Shown: piece by piece, positions 26,238 to 33,084 of the stretch
How positions within the stretch are numbered: position 1 is the stretch's first letter
Layout of the letters: each line of letters starts with the position of its first letter
DNA from: Thermoplasmatota archaeon
GTDB lineage: Archaea; Thermoplasmatota; E2; DHVEG-1; B18-G2
DNA length: 33,084 bases
NCBI GenBank assembly: GCA_029259115.1
Contig: JAPDJO010000092.1
Coordinates: forward strand, 1-33,084
Direction: 5' to 3'
Notes under the pieces: generated by a model
What the model was told of the DNA's origin: nothing
What the model saw: the letters and a program-made list of their open reading frames with translations, nothing else
Database searches by the model: none
Translations under genes and position numbers: made by a program

Positions 26238-28208
26238 CTATCTTTTCAACTCTCTTAAAGGTATGTAGGCCAACAGTAACGCTATGTAGCCAAATATCAA
26301 AAGACCAGGCCAGATTGGAGGTGAAGAGAACATAGAGAGATTTATACCTAGCACAACAAGTGTGGCAACGGCAACTCCCGTTAGTGCCTCTCCTGCTACA
26401 AATCCAGCGCTTAGTAAAAGCCCTGTCCTTATCACTTTTTCCTTCGGTTTTATTTCTGTCTGTTTTATAGCTAACTCCCAATCGCTTATCTCTTCTTCTG
26501 TACTTCCAAATTTTTTCTCTATGATTTTATCAGTAATAAATCGTATGATACCGCCTATGAATATAGGGACGGAAAGAGTGAATGGGAGATATATTCCTAT
26601 TGCCACAGGGAGAATAGGTATATCAAGCAATATCAAGACAAATGCGAGAATTGCACCTACGATAACATATGGCCAAATCATACCCCCTCCTATCACTCCT
26701 TTTACAATACCAGCCATCAGGAAGGCTTGTGGAGCAGGCAGCTCCTGACTTCCTATCGTAAAAGCCTTATGAAGGACACTTATAACTCCACCAACAACTA
26801 AACTTATAGCTATAACACCTAGTGTCATAGATATCTGCAATTTCTTTGGTGTCGCTCCTAACATGTAACCTGATGCCATTGCCTGCAGTAAATCTCCAGA
26901 TATGGAACCACCGACACATATTACAGCAGATATAAAAACAACAATAGCCATTCCCGCGGTTCCGGTAGCACCTAATCCAAACATCATCAGACTAACTATA
27001 AGCAATATGGTAACTGTCACACCGGAGATAGGACAGTTGGAAGAACCAACAAGGCCGGTTAGGTAACCTGCCAATGCACTGGCTATAAATGCAAAAAATA
27101 TAGTTGCAATTGCCATAATAAGAGAGATTCCAAACATATTTGATAACCACTCATACAAGAGAAAGATAGGAATTACCATTAATCCTATCGAGATAAATAC
27201 AAGTTTTAAACTGATATCTTGCTCTGTTCTCTTCTTCTCTTTTTCCTTTCCGCTTTTCAGCCCAAGAATTGCCTCCCTGATGCTATCTATTAGATTGTTT
27301 CTTATGAGCCATACAGCCCATAAGCCACCAACGAGCATCGCTCCTACTCCAATATACCTTATTTGATTACTCCATATGTAATATACTCCCTCGAGCGGAT
27401 TAACGATACTTGACGGCCACCCACCAACCAGAACAGCTATTGGAAGAATTATCGCCCATCCAATCAAACCTCCAACTAAGACAAACGAAGCAATCCTAGG
27501 TCCTATGATCCATCCCACAGCTAAAAGGGCAGGTGATGTTGCTAAACCACCATACATCCATCCTTCTCTGTCTGCACCATCTATGTTATATCTCCCTATG
27601 TGTACAACTCCTTCAAAAAGTCCCCTGAATACTTTAAGAGAGGACTGACCAAATTTGTACAATGCAGATATAAAAGCTCCAATAGCTAGCCACATTCCAC
27701 TTTTTTCTCCTTTTGAAGATATTTCTTCCCCTCCAACAGTTGTAGTTAAAACGGCAGCTACTGCTATACCTTCGGGAAATGGAAGATCGGTTTTAACTAC
27801 AAGAGCTCTTCTCAATGGAACCATCCAAAGAACACCCAGCATCCCACCAAATAAGGCAATGAGAGTAGTCTGTACATAATTTATATCAGACCATACACCA
27901 AGTATAAGAAGTGCAGGTATAGTAAATATGACACCTGCCGCAACACACTCTCCTGCGGATGCACCCATCGTTGCTACATTAACCTCGAGTATGGTTCCCT
28001 TAAATGGTCTCAAGATTGCCAGTGCCATGACTGCACCAGGTATTATAGCAGAAACTGTCATTCCTGCATATAGCCCAAGATAGGCATTTGCAGCACCGAG
28101 AAAAACGGCAAGGAATATTCCAATAAGTGTTGCTCTTAATGTTAACTCTGGGATGGTTTTTTCTGCTGGTATAAGAGGTTTAAAATCTTCCCTTGTCATT
28201 CTCAACAC
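26238..28208 (-). CDS. OPT-family oligopeptide transporter
   Basis: PELTLRA, ANAYLGLYAG, GVIFTIPAL, LPFPEG, GSSNCPISG, LPAPQA, SAGFVAGEAL; many TMs. Start at 28208 (GTG) or 28199 (ATG). Confidence 0.93.
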   Translation of the reverse strand: MLRMTREDFKPLIPAEKTIPELTLRATLIGIFLAVFLGAANAYLGLYAGMTVSAIIPGAVMALAILRPFKGTILEVNVATMGASAGECVAAGVIFTIPALLILGVWSDINYVQTTLIALFGGMLGVLWMVPLRRALVVKTDLPFPEGIAVAAVLTTTVGGEEISSKGEKSGMWLAIGAFISALYKFGQSSLKVFRGLFEGVVHIGRYNIDGADREGWMYGGLATSPALLAVGWIIGPRIASFVLVGGLIGWAIILPIAVLVGGWPSSIVNPLEGVYYIWSNQIRYIGVGAMLVGGLWAVWLIRNNLIDSIREAILGLKSGKEKEKKRTEQDISLKLVFISIGLMVIPIFLLYEWLSNMFGISLIMAIATIFFAFIASALAGYLTGLVGSSNCPISGVTVTILLIVSLMMFGLGATGTAGMAIVVFISAVICVGGSISGDLLQAMASGYMLGATPKKLQISMTLGVIAISLVVGGVISVLHKAFTIGSQELPAPQAFLMAGIVKGVIGGGMIWPYVIVGAILAFVLILLDIPILPVAIGIYLPFTLSVPIFIGGIIRFITDKIIEKKFGSTEEEISDWELAIKQTEIKPKEKVIRTGLLLSAGFVAGEALTGVAVATLVVLGINLSMFSSPPIWPGLLIFGYIALLLAYIPLRELKR

Positions 28209-28331
28209 TTAGATAACATGTTACAACAATATAAAATAAAAATTTTACTATAATTTTAAGCTTGAGAGTGAAAGCATGACAATTTATATATAAGGATTTG
28301 ATTTACACCTACCGGTCTAGAAGTGATGTAA

Positions 28332-30230
28332 ATGGAAGAGCATTATGTTCGTATCTTAAAAGAGAGATTAGACACAGAGAATTACAACAAGTTGATGGCC
28401 ATAAGAAATTCCTATCTCCACAAGTTCATTGCAAAGTACATAGATCTATGTAACCCTGACAGTGTATTCGTGTCTGATGGATCTGAAAGGGATCAAAGAT
28501 ACATAAGGGAAGCAGCGATAAAGAATGGAGAGGAAATTCCCTTAGCAATAGAAGGGCATACTGTCCACTTTGATGGATACTATGATCAAGCAAGAGATAG
28601 AGAAAATACAAAGATTCTGGTGCCAAAGGGAGTCTATCTTGGTGAAAATATAAGAACAATGGATAGAGAAGAGGGGTTAAGAGAGATACATGAGATAATG
28701 AAAGATATAATGAAAGGACATGAATGCTATATCTGTTTTTATACGCTAGGTCCTGAAAATTCTGTATTCACAATACCTTGCCTTCAGATTACTGATTCAA
28801 GCTATGTTGCACACAGTGAAAACATCTTATATCGACAGGGGTACAAGGAGTTTATCAGAAGAGGAGAAACAAGTGATTTTTTCAAATTCGTTCATTCGGA
28901 AGGAGAATTGGATGAAAGAAAGACATCAAAGAATATAGAAAAGAGAAGAATATACATAGATCTTGAAGGAGACACTGTTTATTCCGCAAACACCCAATAT
29001 GGAGGGAACACCATAGGGTTGAAAAAACTCGCAATGAGGCTAGCTATAAACCATGCAGCAAAAGAAGGATGGCTGACAGAACACATGCTCATAATGGGTA
29101 TCCATGGTCCGAACGGTAGGGTTACATACTTCACCGGCGCCTTTCCATCGATGTGTGGAAAAACATCTACAGCGATGCTCGAGGGAGAAACCATCGTAGG
29201 AGATGACATTGCCTATATTAGAAGTATAGATGGGATAGCAAAAGCCGTGAATGTTGAAAAAGGTGTCTTTGGCATAATAAAGGGGATAAATAAGAAAGAT
29301 GATCCCATACAATGGAAAGTTCTTCACTCTCCAAACGAGATAATCTTTTCAAATGTTCTCGTAGACGAGAAAGGGAAGGTTTACTGGTCTGGGATGGGTG
29401 AAGATATACCTGATAGGGGCTATAATCACTCTGGAGAATGGTGGAGAGGGAAAAGAGATAAGGAGGGAAAAGAGATTCCTCCATCTCATCCAAACGCAAG
29501 ATTCACAGTTTCTCTAGAGGCTTTTGAAAATCTTGATCCAAGATGGGATGATCCTAAAGGAGTAGAGATAGGAGCCATAGTATATGGCGGAAGAGATTCA
29601 GATACTTGGGTTCCAGTTCAAGAGGCTTTCGATTGGGATCATGGAATCGTAGCAAAAGGTGCCTCTCTAGAATCTGAAAGAACAGCTGCTGTTCTCGGAA
29701 AGGAAGGAGTAAGAGAGTTTAATCCTATGTCAAACCTTGATTTTCTATCCATCCCTATCGGAAGGTACATAGAGATAAATCTAGAGTTTGGGAAAAAGTT
29801 GAGAAGGAAACCGAAAATATTTGCTGTTAATTACTTCATCAGAGATAAAGAAACAGGAGAGTATCTAACAGATAAGGTGGATAAGAAAGTGTGGTATAAA
29901 TGGATGGAGCTTAGAGTTCATGATGATATCGAGGCAATATGGTCTCCAACGGGATATATACCAAAGTATGAGGATCTGAAATCTCTTTTTGATAAAGTTC
30001 TGTCAAAAGATTATCCAGAATCTCTCTACATAAAGCAATTTACGATAAGGATACCAGAGAATTTATCTAAAATAAAGAGGATAAGAAATATCTATAGCAA
30101 GATCAAGAATACCCCAAAAGAGCTGTTTAAGATTCTAGATGAAGAGGAAAAGAGGTTAAAAGAAGTAAGGGAGAAACTTGGAGATTATGTATCCCCAAGG
30201 GATCTAGAAAAGTTAGTACAGAAGCCCTAA
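28332..30230 (+). CDS. pckG: GTP-dependent phosphoenolpyruvate carboxykinase
   Basis: YGGN..GLKK, WLTEHM, GAFPSMCGKTS, VGDDIAY, SHPNARFT, YGGRD, NPMSNLDF. Confidence 0.96.
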   Translation: MEEHYVRILKERLDTENYNKLMAIRNSYLHKFIAKYIDLCNPDSVFVSDGSERDQRYIREAAIKNGEEIPLAIEGHTVHFDGYYDQARDRENTKILVPKGVYLGENIRTMDREEGLREIHEIMKDIMKGHECYICFYTLGPENSVFTIPCLQITDSSYVAHSENILYRQGYKEFIRRGETSDFFKFVHSEGELDERKTSKNIEKRRIYIDLEGDTVYSANTQYGGNTIGLKKLAMRLAINHAAKEGWLTEHMLIMGIHGPNGRVTYFTGAFPSMCGKTSTAMLEGETIVGDDIAYIRSIDGIAKAVNVEKGVFGIIKGINKKDDPIQWKVLHSPNEIIFSNVLVDEKGKVYWSGMGEDIPDRGYNHSGEWWRGKRDKEGKEIPPSHPNARFTVSLEAFENLDPRWDDPKGVEIGAIVYGGRDSDTWVPVQEAFDWDHGIVAKGASLESERTAAVLGKEGVREFNPMSNLDFLSIPIGRYIEINLEFGKKLRRKPKIFAVNYFIRDKETGEYLTDKVDKKVWYKWMELRVHDDIEAIWSPTGYIPKYEDLKSLFDKVLSKDYPESLYIKQFTIRIPENLSKIKRIRNIYSKIKNTPKELFKILDEEEKRLKEVREKLGDYVSPRDLEKLVQKP

Positions 30231-30761
30231 AGATGAGAGTTCTGCTGCTAACTTTTCTACAGCCCTTGATACATCCTCTATCTTCCTTGCTCCGGTGCAG
30301 ACTATCTTTCCAGATCCAAATAGGAGCATAGCAACTCTTGGTTCTTTTAATCTGTAAACTAATCCTGGGAATTGTTCTGGTTCATACTCTACATTTTCCA
30401 AACCTAATCCCATAGCTACGTCATTCAGATTCAGCTCTGTTTCTAGATCAGAGATTGCCACAATATTCTGTATCACAATCTCTGGATTCTCATAAACCTC
30501 TATGCCTAATTCCTTAAGCTTATTCTTTATTATCTCTACGGTTCTCTTCACATCCTCTATGGTTTTTGCACCGGTACAGTTTGCTTTACCGCTTCTGAAT
30601 AAAAGAGTTGCTGTCTTTGGTTCTTTTAATCTATAGACTAATCCTGGGAATTGTTCTGGTTCATACTCTGCTCCTTCTAACTCTTGCGCTATCAGATCAA
30701 GATCTAGCCTGTCGGCAAACGCAGTGGAAGCTACAATATTCTCTACCTCTACTTTTGGCAT
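30213..30761 (-). CDS. tbp: TATA-box binding protein (canonical)
   Basis: Two repeats of NIVA...EYEPEQFPGLVYRL.EP...LLF.SGK..CTGA; all four intercalating Phe present. Confidence 0.98.
   Translation of the reverse strand: MPKVEVENIVASTAFADRLDLDLIAQELEGAEYEPEQFPGLVYRLKEPKTATLLFRSGKANCTGAKTIEDVKRTVEIIKNKLKELGIEVYENPEIVIQNIVAISDLETELNLNDVAMGLGLENVEYEPEQFPGLVYRLKEPRVAMLLFGSGKIVCTGARKIEDVSRAVEKLAAELSSLGLLY
30338..30669. repeat. 53-bp direct repeat inside tbp (30338-30390 and 30617-30669)
   Basis: TTGGTTCTTTTAATCTrTArACTAATCCTGGGAATTGTTCTGGTTCATACTCT; 51/53 identical. Confidence 0.95.
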
Positions 30762-30763
30762 AT

Positions 30764-31288
30764 CTATCCAACCTCCCTTGCTCTTTCAACAACCTCCTCC
30801 AAAAATTTTTCTAAAATACCCCTATCATTTGATCCTGTACAGACTATCTTTCCATTATCAAAAACTAAAGCTATCAACCCGTCTTTACCTCTATAGATAG
30901 CTCCAGGGAACTCATCAGGATTGTAATCTACATTGTCAAGACCGAATGCTAGTCTTTTGATGTCTATCCACTTTCTAGTATCTTTAGATATTATCAGATT
31001 TTTAACCTCGATTTTTGTCCTTTTTCTTGCTTTGATTCCTTTTTCTCTTAGCATGTCAACGATTTTTGCCAGTACTTCTTTAGCCTCGTCCATAGTTTTT
31101 GTACCTGTGCAGATAAACTTACCTTCCTTTGTGAGTATTGTTGAGACTCCTGGAAAATTGATTATCACTCCTGGAAAATTATCAGGGTTATACTTGGCAT
31201 CAACCAATTTTTCAGCTATCATATCTAAGTTAAACTCATTAGCAATCTTTGCTTCAACAATAATGTTCTCTGTAATTACATCCTCCAT
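30764..31288 (-). CDS. Divergent TBP-family paralogue
   Basis: Two TBP repeats: ENII..YNPDNFPG..GKFICTG and KNLI..YNPDEFPGAIYR..LVFDNGKIVCTG. Confidence 0.9.
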   Translation of the reverse strand: MEDVITENIIVEAKIANEFNLDMIAEKLVDAKYNPDNFPGVIINFPGVSTILTKEGKFICTGTKTMDEAKEVLAKIVDMLREKGIKARKRTKIEVKNLIISKDTRKWIDIKRLAFGLDNVDYNPDEFPGAIYRGKDGLIALVFDNGKIVCTGSNDRGILEKFLEEVVERAREVG

Positions 31289-31306
31289 AGAATAGCCCTC
31301 ATGGAG

Positions 31307-31335
31307 TATATAAATACCTTTTATAAAGGTTTTTC
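31307..31335 (-). promoter_or_regulatory. Putative promoter of the TBP pair with two TATA-like boxes
   Basis: Minus strand GAAAAACC-TTTATAAA-AGGTA-TTTATATA upstream of ATG 31288. Confidence 0.55.
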
Positions 31336-31336
31336 C

Positions 31337-32029
31337 TTACCAAACCTTATCGATGTCAAGATCGATATCTTTTTTCAATTTCTTTTTTCTCCTATTCCTC
31401 TCTCTTTCAACCTCATCCAAGAAGCCTCTGAACTCTTCTATTTTATCCTGTATTCTCTTTTCGCAGCTCGCAACAGCAAGCTCACTTTTCGTTTTCTCTA
31501 TCAGGGATCTAGCTATGTCTTGCTTTCTTTTTAGGGCTGGAGGATAATCAAAATTCATAATAGAAGCATATATCTTTTCCATCATATCCAGATATCTATT
31601 TGCCTTGCCAACATCTCCATCTTTCATGGCATCTAAAGAAAATCTTCTTAGCTCTCCTATCGTATCGCATAGTCCTAATAGAAAAGTGACATAAGATATT
31701 TTCATATCATCGGGATCTGGAAGGGGCTTATTCCTCTCTAGATTGTACACGCACTTTGCCTCAACATATTCTTGGGCTGCATTTTCTACATATCCGGCAT
31801 TCTGAAGCTCAGAATGATTCTCTATGAGCTTGTATAGGCTTCTAAGTTTCCTATTGGCTGAATTCAGAGATTTTCTTGCCGATTCGAAATCTCTGTTATG
31901 AATAGACTGGATACATTTTCTACATGATAGGATTATATCTCTGGAAAGAGAAAGGGATTTTTCTCTGATTGAATCTAGCTCATGCATACGGTTTCCTATT
32001 TTATTTAGAATTTCGTCCATTCCTTTCAT
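31337..32029 (-). CDS. Translin/Trax (C3PO) family endoribonuclease
   Basis: QEYVEA and LLGLCDTIGELRR (ExxE and DxxGE acidic motifs), LKRKQDIAR; ATGA overlap with the upstream gene. Confidence 0.9.
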   Translation of the reverse strand: MKGMDEILNKIGNRMHELDSIREKSLSLSRDIILSCRKCIQSIHNRDFESARKSLNSANRKLRSLYKLIENHSELQNAGYVENAAQEYVEAKCVYNLERNKPLPDPDDMKISYVTFLLGLCDTIGELRRFSLDAMKDGDVGKANRYLDMMEKIYASIMNFDYPPALKRKQDIARSLIEKTKSELAVASCEKRIQDKIEEFRGFLDEVERERNRRKKKLKKDIDLDIDKVW

Positions 32030-32973
32030 TCTCTGTTTACCCAATAATCTGGTTCCTCTCCCCTCAGTACCTTCATCACCTGCTCAGCGCATATCGTTCC
32101 TGCTCTGATTTGGGCTTCCTTAGTATTTGCTCCAATATGCGGAGTTAGCACAACGTTATCGAGTTCCAATAATTTGCTTCCCTTTGGAGGTTCTTCCTCA
32201 AATACATCTATCGCTGCACCAGCTATCTTTCCTTCCTTGAGAAATTCATAAAGTGCATCCTCATCAACAACTCCTCCTCTCGCGCAGTTTATTAGATAAG
32301 CTGTTGGTTTCATTAGAGATAGCTTTTCTTTATCTATGAGATGATATGTCTCCTCTGTTTTTGGTATGTGAAGAGATACAAAATCTGATTCTCTCAAAAC
32401 CTCTTCTAAGGTTGCACGCCTGGCGCCCATCTTCTCAGCTTTTTCATCTGTACAGTGAGGAGAGTATACAAGTACATTCATGCCTAGGCCTTTTGCTATC
32501 TTTGCAACATGCTGGGCTATTCTTCCGGAGCCTATTAAACCGAGGGTTTTACCATGCAGTTCTATTCCTTTCAGTTGTTTCTTTAGCCATTCTCCTCTTT
32601 TCATGGAGCTATCTGCTTTTGGTATGAATCTTGCAAGAGCTAACATGTGAGCAATGGCAAGCTCGGCTACGCTAATGGTAGAGCCTGTAGGTGCATTTAC
32701 AACCTTAATTCCAAGCTCTGTTGCTTTCTTCACATCTATGTTGTCTACTCCAATTCCTGCTCTCCCTATGACTTTTAGCTTTCCAGATGCCCCTTTTTCT
32801 ATTATATCTGCTGTGACTTTTGTTCTGCTTCTTACTATCAGAGCATCATAGTCTGCTATCTCATTTAATAGACCATCGTGATCTAGCTCTTCATACTTAA
32901 CTTCAAAACCGTTATTTTTCAGCATCTCTATGGCTTCATCTGCGAGCTTGTCCGTAACTAACACCTTCATCAT
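32026..32973 (-). CDS. D-2-hydroxyacid dehydrogenase, D-3-phosphoglycerate dehydrogenase-like (no ACT domain)
   Basis: IVRSRTKV, GRAGIGVDNID, SVAELA, GSGRIA, NCARGGVVDE, DVFEEEP, TPHIGANT. Confidence 0.88.
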   Translation of the reverse strand: MMKVLVTDKLADEAIEMLKNNGFEVKYEELDHDGLLNEIADYDALIVRSRTKVTADIIEKGASGKLKVIGRAGIGVDNIDVKKATELGIKVVNAPTGSTISVAELAIAHMLALARFIPKADSSMKRGEWLKKQLKGIELHGKTLGLIGSGRIAQHVAKIAKGLGMNVLVYSPHCTDEKAEKMGARRATLEEVLRESDFVSLHIPKTEETYHLIDKEKLSLMKPTAYLINCARGGVVDEDALYEFLKEGKIAGAAIDVFEEEPPKGSKLLELDNVVLTPHIGANTKEAQIRAGTICAEQVMKVLRGEEPDYWVNRE

Positions 32974-32993
32974 AAATCACCCCATTTCCGTAT

Positions 32994-33084
32994 TTAAAAG
33001 GAGGTAGAAAATGATTGTGATTGTTCGGTTAATTCTAGGAAGAGCAACGTCATGGTTATATTGTATATAGGTCCCATTATAAGT
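32994..33084 (-). CDS. 3' end of probable membrane protein (partial)
   Basis: Open frame LIMGPIYNITMTLLFLELTEQSQSFSTSF*, co-directional with the downstream genes. Confidence 0.5.
   Translation of the reverse strand, partial: LIMGPIYNITMTLLFLELTEQSQSFSTSF

Noticed and set aside
26152-26481. 109-aa minus-strand ORF
   Set aside because: It overlaps the OPT 3' end in another frame and runs antisense through tRNA-Ala (MDSWGFEPQAS is reverse tRNA sequence).
353-32851. Numerous 60-160 aa shadow ORFs (e.g. 8331-8807, 4826-5197, 26362-26748, 30933-31295)
   Set aside because: They lie antisense or off-frame to well-supported genes, have the Ser/Phe/Ile-rich composition typical of reverse-strand translation, and show no motifs.
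32999-33070. GGAGGT + ATG 33011 19-aa plus-strand ORF
   Set aside because: Better explained as the antisense of a minus-strand membrane protein 3' end.
1-33084. CRISPR arrays, IS elements, rRNA, recoded (Sec/Pyl) genes
   Set aside because: No regularly spaced repeats, transposase motifs or long GC-rich RNA segments were seen by eye. The only suggestive in-frame TGA (2567) is better explained by a homopolymer frameshift.

Overview
Gene-dense, low-GC archaeal chromosome segment. The gene content (TBP, Cbf5, GGGP synthase, split GMP synthase, rpl15-secY-adk-DUF106-cmk-cbf5 without rpl34e/rpl14e) and secreted PKD/CARDB/beta-helix proteins suggest a deep-branching Thermoplasmatota peptide fermenter; this placement is inferred. 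The window holds about 37 CDS, mostly housekeeping, and three intron-less tRNAs (Thr-CGT, Ser-GGA, Ala-GGC). I found no CRISPR array, integrase or transposase. The main unexplained structures are: (1) a divergent TBP paralogue missing one TATA-intercalating Phe, directly upstream of canonical tbp and downstream of a translin/Trax nuclease; (2) a 53-bp near-identical DNA repeat between the two halves of tbp; (3) a frameshifted, synonymously diverged second copy of the hypF 3' end that brackets an orphan membrane Zn-ribbon gene next to tRNA-Ser; (4) an uncalled 55-aa gene where the upstream spc-operon genes normally lie; (5) a PKD protein whose signal peptide is shifted out of frame in an A6 run; (6) GGGPS translationally coupled to UbiX; (7) an alkyltransferase lacking the arginine finger.
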